Shown here piece after piece: positions 11,397 to 23,259 of a DNA stretch of 64,000 bases (the first letter of the stretch is position 1; each line of letters begins with the position of its first letter). The stretch is from Microthyrium microscopicum (Eukaryota), in assembly GCA_010405405.1 (NCBI GenBank), contig MU004231.1, positions 2,846,401 through 2,910,400 of the forward strand. The letters run 5' to 3'. Position numbers and translations under genes: made by a program. A model generated the notes under the pieces. That model did no database searches and was not told where the DNA came from. It saw nothing but the letters and a program-made list of their open reading frames with translations.

Positions 11397-12140
11397 CTAG
11401 GAGCGCATGTGGTTGTGACGACGCATATGATCGTGTACATCACGAGCAGCGATAGCTGGCTCTCGGACGGCGAGCTTCTTGACGAAGGTGGTAGGAATTG
11501 CCATTGGCGCATCCATCTTGACAACTGGGCCCTGGGTCACTGTTGGCGCTGCGGAGCTGACTGGTGCGACTACAGAGGATACGGCAGCCGGAGAGGCAGA
11601 AACAACAGGTGCGGCGGCAGCGGGAGCAGCAGCGGCTGGTGCACTCGATGTAGTGGCGCAAAGATAGAACGAGATATCAGCGGTGGGCGCGCATGAGAGG
11701 GAGTTCCAGTCATCATTGTAGAGTTGGTAGAATCCGTTGCAGTCGGTGCCAGGTGTGCAGGTTCTGTTTGGGCAGGACGATACTGATGTTTCCATATGGA
11801 TACCGTCGTTGTAGAATGGGCAGTCGGTACCCGTGCAGTCAACGTTGGAGCCATCGTACCAGATGAAGCCTCCGGCGGAAGTGTACTCAAATTGGGTAAT
11901 GGGCTTTGGTGTTGTGGTCTTTGAGAGCTTGAGAGAGACACCTCCAGAGGAGAGAACCTTGTACGCCTCGGAGTAACTGGCACCGGGAGCGATGATTGTT
12001 GGAGTTTGAGGGTTCCGTAGCATATCAGTAGCCCATAGATAGACCGGAACAGAGCAGCGATTGTAGATATTGGCAGTTCCAGCAGCCGAAACAATAGGAG
12101 CAGCAGCAGCAATGGCTGCAATAGTAGCGATGAGTTGCAT
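11397..12140 (-). CDS. Secreted Bys1-like (thaumatin-fold) protein with Ala/Pro-rich tail
   Basis: Signal peptide; N-R-C-x-x-P-V-Y-L-W, GGVSLKLS, ITQFEYT and IWYDxSNVDC motifs typical of the Bys1 family. Confidence 0.8.
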   Translation of the reverse strand: MQLIATIAAIAAAAPIVSAAGTANIYNRCSVPVYLWATDMLRNPQTPTIIAPGASYSEAYKVLSSGGVSLKLSKTTTPKPITQFEYTSAGGFIWYDGSNVDCTGTDCPFYNDGIHMETSVSSCPNRTCTPGTDCNGFYQLYNDDWNSLSCAPTADISFYLCATTSSAPAAAAPAAAAPVVSASPAAVSSVVAPVSSAAPTVTQGPVVKMDAPMAIPTTFVKKLAVREPAIAARDVHDHMRRHNHMRS

Positions 12141-14125
12141 TTTGATTTGTTCTAGTCAGGAGAACGTGATTGTGAGTGGTGTATAAAATTGGTTTGTTGG
12201 ACAGGGAGTGTGATGGTAGATGATCCTTAAGGAATGGACGCTTTCAAGAAAGCAGTAGATGTTGGACAGCAAACCGGTCGAAAGTCGTGATATGAACGAG
12301 TGTAGCAGTAAACAGGAAAACGCGGAAGAGAGACTGCTGGGATAAAGAGGAAAACGCGCGGTATGATAGTCAACGGTGAAGGGGGAACAGCTAAGGAAGG
12401 GGCTCGCGTTGAGCTCCATCTTTTCCACTACTCGAGGATTTTGCTGTGGAACTGGTGAGAAAAGGTTCATGCTTCGAGAGACTAAGAGGCCTGGTTGCGC
12501 AGCGAGGCGTCTACTAGAAAGCGCCACAGATGCTTAAGATGAGCAGCCTACCCAATGAGGCATGGTGTTGAGCTTTTGACAGCTTGAAAGGGGCTGGCAA
12601 GGAAATGAGAGCATCACATTACGGGGGCTGTTGAAGGCCAATGGATGATTTTGTGAAGACTTTGGAGCGCTAAAACATTAGATTCGCATCTTGTTTGTTC
12701 TATTTCTTTCCAGTGTCTTGAGCGTGTTGCGCTGTCACTGGAGTTGATGTTGAACACGTAGGAAATGCGATTGCAGTAGCTGTTTATCACTTCTCCGTAC
12801 GTTGTGCAGCTTGCTATACTTAGCCTCAAACATAGCCTACAGAATTTGCGCCTTAACTTTTGCAATGGAGAATGGAGAAACTTGGGTGGAAAATTGCGAT
12901 GCTGGGTTGCATTCGGTTGTGTCGTGGTTGAGGTTCAGGGGCAGGGACTCAGGGAGAGTTAGTCAGGGGAAATTAAGAGGCGTCGAAAAAATCCCGGTAC
13001 CTGGTGGACCCCACGCTTCTGCTGCTTGTACCCACCAACGGGATCGCTTCCTTTTACAGGCATCTTTCTTAAAAGAGTTAAAGTCTCCACTCAAAGAGAG
13101 AGGCTCAGAGACTGGCTGGAAGCCGTTGGATGATGGCTCTCCAGGAGCGGTTGCTCTGCCAGGTCGCGACGGGCCTTGATCAATCGCAACCACAGCAGTC
13201 TTCCTTCTTCCAAGTAGAGAGTAGAGAAGCCCCTCTCATTTCCCTATGGTAACCCCCCATAATCACAGAGAGTCTGAGACTCGGAGCCAAAGGCGTGTGC
13301 TGAGGCATTGGCACTCTTGATAGAATCTGGTGGCATTTTGGAAAGCGTTTACTGAGTATCAAATCGGATCGTGTGTTGCCAATGAACCGCGAAGTTGCCA
13401 GCGCAGACCATTAACTTCACTCACCACCAATGCGGTTAAAGATCTTGAAAACGTTGGAAAACAAAACTGGTCAAACAAATTATGGACTCCACGTGCTGTC
13501 TCCTGGCTGCAGGTACCGTAATCATGAAACATCTGTTGCTCGCTGATTTTTTTGGCTGCGACTGCATTTCGCCTAGAATATTCCAATATCTCCAAGCAGT
13601 ACCCAGTGAGTTCAGCAAGGTGGCTGATTCTGTTACAGACACGAATAATGCATGAAGATCATATAGAGCCTGATATCCAACAGTTGCGATATGTCACAGT
13701 ACAAGCCTGGACATTTCGTACTTGCCAAAAATAGCTCGGAGAAGTCTTCTAGAAAACTGAGATTGAATGCCAACCACCTCCTCGGGTTGGTCGGATCATA
13801 ACTGTCGTCCCAGTGTTGCACCGTTACACAGCCTAAAGATATAATCGGAACAAACTAGCGAGGGTGTAGTAATTCTACCGGAGAATGAAAAAGCAAGGGA
13901 GACATGGGAAGTCACACTTGAGCAATAGTCGTCGCATGAACCGAGTTCTTCCGGACTCAAGACATTTTCCACGTTCAAGATTCGAGCAAAGGTCAAAATG
14001 CAAAGACAATGATGTGAGCGGGTTTATCGACCCACGGCTAGGACTGCATTTGTATTGGTTTTTTGCTACACCGCTATGGTGCCTAAGGTACAATACTAAT
14101 GTTACCCATCGATTACATCTTGCGC

Positions 14126-14838
14126 TTAACTTCGCTTGCCGTTGATAGCTTTCAAGGTGACCTCACTGCAATCTCGCGTCAGTGTTGGGAGATAAACATG
14201 CGAAATGAGCAACTCACAAAATCAAAGTAGCATTTGGAGGGATGAGACCGGGGAATCCACTACTACTTGTTAGTATGGAAATGCAACAATCGCGCCTAGA
14301 ATACGCAGAGGGATGGCATACCGGTTGCCATAGGCGTAGTCACTGATCGTTATTAGCTAATCTCTCGCATATAGATGTCACTGACTTACCCAGTGATAGT
14401 GAGAACTGCCTTCTCTCCGAGAGTCATACCCTCCTGAGAGGGTGTTCCAATGATGCCCTCATCCCACCCTGGAAAGAGTCAGACCAACGATACTCATGTC
14501 CAAATATTCGTGAGAAATTTACCCTTGATGACCTTTGAAGTGCCAATCTCGGTGTTGAACTCTCCGCGGTCTTGGGAAGAATCGAATCTGTTCGATGTTA
14601 GGTGATTTACAACACCTGTTGGATGGCTTTCCAATGTTGCCGGAACGAAGATCTCTGGAGTAGGAGCCTTCTTGAGCGAACAAAAGGTAGCTGTTGTAAC
14701 TTACTGGTTACCACGGTATTGGTTGTCAGCGGCATTTGGATCATGGAGCCAACCGGTGTAGTCCATTGAGACTTTGTCACCGGCCTTTGGCTTGTCGACG
14801 CCATTGCCTGCGCTAAGAGTTTCTTTGGTTACGCCCAT
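14126..14838 (-). CDS. FPR1: FKBP12-type peptidyl-prolyl cis-trans isomerase (multi-exon)
   Basis: Manually spliced exons: MGVTKETLSAGNGVDKPKAGDKVSMDYTGWL.. / FDSSQDRGEFNTEIGTSKVIKG / WDEGI..MTLGEKAVLTITG / DYAYGNR / GFPGLIPPNATLIF / EVTLKAING. Confidence 0.92.
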
Positions 14839-15941
14839 GTTGTGATATGGACAAAGGTGTTGTATGATTACTGCTTGACGATTAATGCTTCTTCCAGGTC
14901 TCTACATTGAAGATTACTGACTAGGAGTTGATAATGTGCAAATGAAGGATCAGTTTGATGCACGGAAGAGTTAAGGAACCGGATCTAAATATGCGATGAG
15001 CCTAGAGCTTTGAAGAATTGCATCAGAACTCGGAGATGGCGGGGCAGCTTCCCTGGTCTTGCACAATGCCCCTCTTCTTGTAACCACCAAGGTCCAACAT
15101 CTCCATCTGTTCCGGTAACAATGGATACTGCATCGATTCTTACTATGCTAGTTTACCTAACGGTTGCTGATGTTGGCGCAAGTTTGCAGATAATCACAGA
15201 GACTGTGATAGCTGGGGTCGTTGATTGGGTTAGCTCTTATGCAAACCCATGAGCGCCCTGAACTGTAGATGGGAAAGGAAGGCGAGAAGAGCAAATGATC
15301 AGCCAGTACCATGATGACGTCTCGTACGGATCTCGGAATGAGGGCGTGGGTATCGAGGATGCGCGAATATCAACCAAGTTTCTGTTCCGTTTACGGATAG
15401 ACATATTGCGCTACACCAAAGATACTCGGCGCTACGAAAGAAGAGCTACTCCAACGTGTCACAAAGTTGGTGGCCTCGCCGGTATGCTTTCCAGTTACAC
15501 TGCCATCTGATACTAGGATCAGTTGCTTTGAACATGTTCGTGGTTTATATTGTTTGTTACCGACCATGATATAGCAAGAGCCCCCACCATAAGTCAGACC
15601 GCCAGTTAACCGTTCGTGCAGGTCCCATATTGCATCCCATAGGGCAGGGGACTGACGCACACTGGGATGAGCTGCACGTCTTCAGGTCATGAGTTCATTG
15701 TTACCAGTGTCTTTTATACCCCACCAAGAAATGGCCCTGCTTGGAGATGGTGATAAGGCTATAGCTGTTGATTGTGACATTGCCTCTTCACATATCCCGC
15801 AAATCCAGGAATTGGCCTCCCCGGGGATAAGCATTGGCAAGCAGGAGGAAAGGGGACGATGTCGTCTATACCAGTAACAAGGAAGCATGTAATCAGTCAT
15901 CTGGCGATCTGGTCGTTTAGTCTAATACGCGCTTCTGAGCC

Positions 15942-16944
15942 TCATGCAGCTTCCCTTTGATCCCATTTCTCTATCAATGTCGATACCTCCATCGAGGACC
16001 AGTCTTTATCCGAGAAGTATACCAACTGCTCTATTCCAGCTGCCTCTAGAATATTGAAGACTTTGCTGTAGTTTGTCCCAACTTGTTCCACAGTATGAGC
16101 ATCGTCAGAGAGACATAGCTGTCCGCCAAGACCGAGGAAGGTCTTATTTTCGGTCAGAGATATTGTCTAAACATTTATCAGAGCCTGTGACTTACTCGAC
16201 ACATTTCCATAGAAGGGTACGGCTCTATCAAACCCTTTCGTAAGGCGGATGAGTTGATCTCGACAACACCACCGTATTCTGAGATAGCTTTGAGATTGCG
16301 TTCTACTTTTGACCAGACACTGTCCCATTGACGCATGTTCTCGTTTGGATGGTCGCTCAGTAGTTTGATAAGATCGAAGTGGCCGATGATTGGAGGCTTG
16401 ATAGCTTGTATCATCTCATATTGAGCATCAAAGTAACTCTCAAAGAGTTGAACATCAGTGCCTCCCGCCGAGACTCGAGCAGTCTCGTAGGTTGGTCTAT
16501 TGAAGTCAATTGGTACAGTTTTGACATGATGAACAGAGCCTACGAAAAAGTCCCAAGGATATTTTGATTGAAGACTTTCGATCAATTTCACGGAAGACTT
16601 GCGGATCCACTCAGATTCAAAGCCAATCAGAATTTTGATATTCGCTTTATACTGTTCTCGTAACCGAACAGCTTCTTCGTAGAAAGCATCGATGTTTTCG
16701 TCGAACTGTTCAGCTTTCGAGATGGCACCTTTCTTTCAAACAAGGATGTTTAGTTTACAGTTACGCAAGACCACTATCGTGGACTCACTTCTTCTGGATA
16801 AAGATCCTCTATATCTCTTGGCATATGTTCCGTGAGAGCGTACGTACTCATGCCTCTGGCAATTGCTGCCTGAACCATTTCTTCTAGGTTGCCTTTGGCA
16901 TGCATGCAGAATTGTCCACTATGACTATGGTGTGAATAAACCAT
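15942..16944 (-). CDS. HIS2: Histidinol-phosphate phosphatase (PHP/HisJ family), multi-exon
   Basis: MVYSHHSHSGQFC, LTEHMPR, GFESEW, VGSVHHV, IIGHFDLI, EINSSALRKGL..PYP, LSDDAH. Confidence 0.92.
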
Positions 16945-17660
16945 AGTGACTCAAGTTTTGGCTTGTAAGAGTCATAGACTTGAGTTCGCCGTAGCAAGCC
17001 AAATGGCGCGTTGCCGAGTGCGCTGCTCACCCACAGCTCGCGCTGGAATGCGACAAGAAATCCCTGGATGAAGGATGTGATGAATAACGCAATCCGGATA
17101 AAATATGCTCCTCGTGTTTTGATGACTGGAACAAACGACCGGAGGCAACACTGAAATGATGAATGAAGTGTCCGAGAGTGGAACAAGAAGTGACCAATAG
17201 GGCTGCAAGCCTCATCCACGAAGCTTTGGGTCGTCGATGGTACTCTCTAGTACGCAATAACAGATTTCATCATCATCAGGTGAAATCTGAATTTTGTAAT
17301 GTGTTTACAACAGAGAACTCAGTATTTTAGCTGTTTTAGACATTATTAAGATCTTTTGAAGCAGAGCAGGTTCAAAATGAGCAAATGATACTGTCTTGCA
17401 CGTCAAAAGCATCAAATGCTTGTAGTCCTCAGGGGCCATGTTATATCGCAAACGGCTACAGCCGTATCCGGTGATACATTAATCCCAATCTCCCATGATT
17501 GCGACGGCTGACCCCTTTCCTCTCGATACCTTTCACTTGGAAGAAAGAGATCGCCTAAAGGTCGTAAGAACGATCAATCTATTGTCCCAATTCTGAACTT
17601 ATACTTCCTAATATCAATACCCATCAAGCTATACTCTGTCCGTTACCCCGAGCTTATACG

Positions 17661-18714
17661 ATGGCGGCGAACAACTCCAAGCTTCAGGCAACAACCCAGA
17701 GCTCGCCTCAGGGAGCCAGTGCTTACGTTGATGTTGAAGCGTGGAATAGCTCAACTCTCAAAGCTCTCAACGGCCTGAGTTTGGCTCCAACCCGTCCCAT
17801 CCGAGGCGCTTCTGTCTCCTTAGCTATCTCGCTCGACGATAGCGCGCCAGCTCCCGTTATCAAGGCAGATGATAGCGACGATGAAGGAGCTGAGCAAGCC
17901 ACCACAGGCTATCCTCCTCTGCGTCGCAAGACAAGCCGACGCGATAGCATGCGTCGACGCGATGAGCTTTTGAAGGGCAAGGAAGGGAGCCGTCGTCGCC
18001 AGAAATGGGAGAACGGTACGCGAGCTCGCGAGCTTTGACGAATCCTATACTGATGATTATTGTTTGGTAGACCACCTTCTTGGCAATCCTCACGTCCAGC
18101 CTCCACTTCCTACCGATTGGGAAGTTCGTCCAACGTACCCAGTTCGCACCGTCCCATACTATCTTGCCACCCTCTGGGATGCCAAGCGTGCCGAGGAAGA
18201 ACGCGTCGCTGCCACTCGCAAGAACAAACCTACCAAGCGCAAGGAACTTTCCCAGCCCGAGGGATTAGGTCGCGTGCCAAAGGGTCTCAAGGACACAATG
18301 AAGCGTCATCGCGCTGCAAAGACTCTTCTCCAGGAGCTCGAGAACGAGATTCGCGAGTTTGTTGTTGCCATGCACGAAGGTGGACAGGTGCCAGACGATG
18401 CTGGGATTGAAGTCGATGCCGATGACGATGATTTTGTGCTGGTCGATGAGAAGACGCTGTCACCAATCATGAGCCATTTCCCCACCTATGAGAAACTCAT
18501 CTTTGAAAGTCCAGAGACCGACCAGTCTGCGACATTCAGTCGTTGGCTTGTGCATGCGTTGGGCAAGTACTACGGCTTGGATTCCTGGAGCGTGAGTGTT
18601 CAAGGCAAGCCAGCTCGCCGAGAGGCATATGTCGGTATCAAGGACGTCAAGTTGAAACGAACCTGTCAACCAAGCATGGGCAGTTTACCGCTGCCAATGT
18701 GGGCAAGAGTTTGA
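17661..18714 (+). CDS. R3H-associated N-terminal domain protein (one intron, ~18016-18070)
   Basis: RRDSMRRRDELLKGKEGSRRRQKWEN-DHLLGNPH..P.PTDWEV; C-terminal R3H-like RWLVHALGKYYGLDSWS. Confidence 0.85.
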
Positions 18715-18965
18715 AGGATGAAGGGGAGGTTTTTTTCAGAAGAGTGCATTTTCACCGCAATTTTCGCTTCTAGATTGGAGAAAGAGGCTTGCATATTAGT
18801 ATGCAGATCTTTAGCTCGCCGCCAATTTTTGTCATTTATATTTCTGCAAATCTTGCAGCTTTAATCCTGCTTTCTACACTACAGAAGAACCTTGATATTA
18901 GAGCAATACATTGAGGTCTTCACATTTGGTGGAGATCTCGCATACATCCGCTCGCACAAGATGGT

Positions 18966-19674
18966 TCAATTTCGCTTCTTTTTGCTGCCTGTTTTGGATA
19001 AAACTGCATCCAGTCTCCCAAACATATCGACTCCCATAAATACAGCTATACGATGGTCAGTGAAGAACACTTTGAGATTAGTTGTGTCTTACATAAAGCA
19101 AGGTATGGTACATATAAATATGCCAGCTGGACCTTTTGGTCGTTTGAAAACGATGACCAGCTAAGGTAGTCTGAAATACAAGTCAAGGTGGTGACCGCCG
19201 TCTCTAAGGCAAAGACCAGAAGGTGAAGAGGTACTTTGGGGTCATCTAATAAGCCGTTAGTCAAAATCGCACGTATATCTCTGAGCTTAATGTATCATAC
19301 CACGGAGGAGCGCGCTGACAGCCCATACAGAGATCGGTAAATGATACAAGGCCTCAAGCCAAATATAGGTATTAAACCATGCACTGCAGACCTGTTAGAC
19401 CAAAACTGAGCCAAAGTTTGACCAAAGGTTCATACGGTGGGCTGATGAAAAATTGGTCTTGGTAGGTGGTGATGTAGAACTCTCGGATATCATCCATGAA
19501 AGCAGGTCGCAGGCTTGCTGGCCACAAATTATAGCAGTCCACGGCTTTTAAAAGTCAGTCACTGCCCTTTATCATAAGTAAACGGAGATTTAACGTACTG
19601 ATAATGATGGGAATATGAGTGAGGAAGAAGATGAAGTACATCAAGTCCCGCTTTCGCGAAAATATGGACGCCAT
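18966..19674 (-). CDS. EXPERA/TMEM97 (EBP-like) membrane protein, multi-exon
   Basis: MASIFSRKRDLMYFIFFLTHIPI, YKDQFFISPP, WFNTYIWLEALYHLP, TTLTC, LYVPYLAL; short GT-AG introns. Confidence 0.85.
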
Positions 19675-20255
19675 TGTTGTTTTGAGGTATTACAGGATGT
19701 AGGCTCTGATACAATCAAGATACGGATTCTGAGCTGTTAAAGCCTCAATGGTCCAAACTCCAGAGATTGATGTTGGAGGTTAGCAAGAACACGGAGTTGC
19801 TTCAGTTGCTGATGAGTTGAGGGAGGCTCATGCAAGCCACCAGGCAGAAGGAAATTTATTGGTCCATCAATAATTACAAGCATTATTCAGAACACACCGA
19901 AGCTTTTCTTTTATTCCAGTAGGTAATACCAAAAATCCGACTAGATTGGCAAATAGCTCCTTTGAGGAGCATCAGTCATGTGACAGCGTGAAACGACTTC
20001 ACTTTCTGTCGCGTTCTTTTCCATTCGTCGCGTCTCCAACCACCACCCTCCGTTGAGCCGTTCTCTCCAGATTCGCCCAGCACTTTCTGCCCATTCTTAC
20101 GGATGAATGCATCTTCTCCAAGCGCTGAAACCCCGTAACCAGAAATTCATGACACTAGGTTCTGGTGCGAGGCAGACTTCTCTGCAACAACTGAGAAATT
20201 TCAGTCCTGGCATCCCATGAACTGAAAGACAGCAATCACTAGACTAATAAGCACA

Positions 20256-21792
20256 ATGCGTAACGTCAAAAGCGTTCCAATATACGACATTGATTTCACT
20301 CTCCGACGCACGTTTCGCAAGAAAAATTTCAGGTGAGCAACACAAGCATACCGTGTAATTCAATCTAACTATTAGAAGAACGCTACAAAGAGAAGTCATT
20401 CTAGCAGCGCTAAGTGGCGAAGATGTATACCTACAAGCTGCCACATCCTTTGGAAAGAGCATATGCTTCCAGCTTCCCGCGGTCGTGAACTTGGGCGTAA
20501 CTATTGTCGTCTCTCCGCTGCTCTCCTTAATGATGAACCAAATCAACGCGCTTCGAGAAAACAACGTACCGGTAGAGACGATAAATGGAACAACTCAGTA
20601 TCATGAGCGGAAGAGAATTATTGACGATGCCCAATGCGGCCATCCGCGAGTCAAAATGCTTTACGTTACTCCAGAGTTGTGCAGTCGAGACTGGTTTCGA
20701 GACTTGCTTCGATCAATTCACGCCCACGGTCAACTTGCCAGATTCGTTGTCGATGAGGCACATTGCGTCAGCCAATGGGGCCACGATTTTCGTAAAGATT
20801 TTCTTGAGCTGTCATTCTTCAGACGAGAGTTCCCCGACATTCCAATCATGTGCGCTACAGCAACGGCGACAGCGGTTGTGCGAAAAGACATCATCAATAT
20901 CATGGGGCTGGATGAGAAACTTAAATTCTTTGCAATGCCCACTTCTCGGCCGAACCTTCATTATGAAGTTCGATTCAAATCGGATGAATTCGATGAGCGC
21001 TACACAGACTTTCTACAGTGGATACGCCAAATCTACGCTAGACGGCAAGGAACTGCCAGATTAGAAGAGCTTCAAAAGACTAAAGAGCGAGTGGAAGGTG
21101 TGAGTGGTATAATATACGTTATCAGCCGTGAGGGCTGCGAGAACTTGGCCGAACGACTTTGCAACGACGGGATCGGAGCAAAGGTCTATCACGCCAAACT
21201 CAGCAATGACGCGAAGAAGGATCATTTGGCGGGATGGATCTCCAATCGGCCTGGCTACGATATCATCGTTGCTACAACTGCCTTTGGCATGGGCATCGAC
21301 AAGGAAGATGTTCGATTCGTCGTGCATTGGCAGCTACCGAAATCATTTGAAGGCTTCTATCAAGAAGCCGGCCGAGCAGGTCGAGATGGGAAGGCGAGTA
21401 TATGCATACTCTACTATGCCCTGGAAGATCGGATATGGCTTGAGAGAATGATCGAAATGCAAGCGGCGCAGAATCAGAAAAAGAAAAGCAGTACAGCTAG
21501 AACGGAGAACATTGAAGGACGGCGGAAAAGTTTTAATCAACTCGTCAAATACTGTGAAAAAACGACCAAGTGTCGGCATCAGATCATAGCGGACTACTTT
21601 GAAGACAAGCAGAAACCCGTTTGTGATTGGGCTTGTGACTGGCACAAAGATCCATCAAAGCTTCAAAAGGCCAAGAAAAGATTCGATGCGACAGGCCTCA
21701 CTCCTTCCATGTCCCAAGCTATTGATAACCATCTAATGGATCATCGCCAGACCATGGCAAATACAGATCTGGAGTGGGTTGCTCAGGATTGA
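20256..21792 (+). CDS. RecQ-family DNA helicase (short form: helicase core plus Zn/RQC)
   Basis: Exon 1 ..DIDFTLRRTFRKKNFR, intron, then AATSFGKS, LYVTPE, VDEAHCVSQWGHDFR, ATATA, VATTAFGMGIDK, YQEAGRAGRDG, C..CRH..CDWACD. Confidence 0.93.
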
Positions 21793-23259
21793 TAGCTACA
21801 CTCATCGGAGAGTCCATGTTAACTTATAACCTATATAATTTACTAACGAGCATGATAGCCCCTATCTCTCGACACTAATGTAATGCCGAATTCGCTATAT
21901 GGTAATCAAACAACTTTGAAAGGCATTTTACGTTAGTGCTTACCAGCTGCTATTTCCCATTCTTCTCATCCTAAATGCATTTATTATTTTGATGCGCCGC
22001 TGTAACATTTTAGAGTCAAGATTCGCGCGCGAAGTGTTGAGCGGACATGCGTCAGAAGTTGCGACACAAGGCAGTTCTGGAGTTACCACTCTCTCAGGTC
22101 GAGGAAGACAAGAATGAAATAACAGTAGTGTGTATGAGGAGGAGATTCCGACATACTCCGTCCAGTTCCTAAGATTCAATGTTGCAGGAGGCTAGTTTTG
22201 ATTTTAAGGCAGTGCAAGGCAACCAGGGCTGATGTAAGCACGAGCTGATTCTGCAAAGTGTACACTGTACAGATTGTAACTACCCGTAAGCCTTTTGGTG
22301 ATGGTCCACAACAGCCAAAGCTGCAACCTCATCGCACCTCTCGCTCTACGGATCTTGCGGCCACCCGAACAGCGAACTGGTTCTACTATTGCGCATGAAC
22401 TCCCAGGCTTCAACTAGGTACGCAACGCGAGAACAGCGAAGTTATCGTGATTTCTGGAGGCATTGGCTCATGATGTCGTGTAAATGAGTGGTGCGGATGC
22501 TTTGTCAAAGCTTAACGGGCATGGAGACAGGGCAGTGAGTAAGCCGCCATAAAGATGTGCAAAACATTTTGGACCAGTAGCATTCAACGATAGGGAATGT
22601 TACTCAAGGAGTCCAAGACTAAGCAATATCAGCCCTAGCTAGACTTCAAGCGTCTCAGATGTTGCATCCGTCGTCCAACGTCCATCCTCCACGCCCAATT
22701 TCGACATTCATCAGAGCCATCATCCATGAAATTTCGATCTTGGGAATCACGATATCACTGCCTACCGCACTTCTGCTCGACGTTGTCTGATGAAATGTCC
22801 CATCGGTCCTCGGTGCTTCGGTGTTGAGACCTCCTACTCACTCACTCCTCGATTCATTTCTTTCCGGTTCCAATGCCATCCTATTCTACCTATCATGACA
22901 AACCAACTCTCTGCCTAAGTAGGTGTGCTCTCATAACTTCTCTTTTCCTCTGTCATATCGCACTCGCCACCCCATGGCCCTATTGACCCCAAGTGTTGAT
23001 ATATCAGGGCCAGTGGTGGCTCTAGGGGAACTTATATCCTGTCCAGGCTGATGGCTGATTACCCATATCAACTAAATCTCCCATTTACCGATAGTACAAA
23101 TTTTCCCATACTCTCAAGTTTAAACCTATCACAATCCTTGTCCTTGTATCACTCGTCCTTCAACATATCATTGAACAAAGATCCTTACTGCACATTTACC
23201 TTTTTATTCCCAGCGTCTATTGCATTGTCTTGCTTGAGGAAATATCTGTCATCTGCTAA

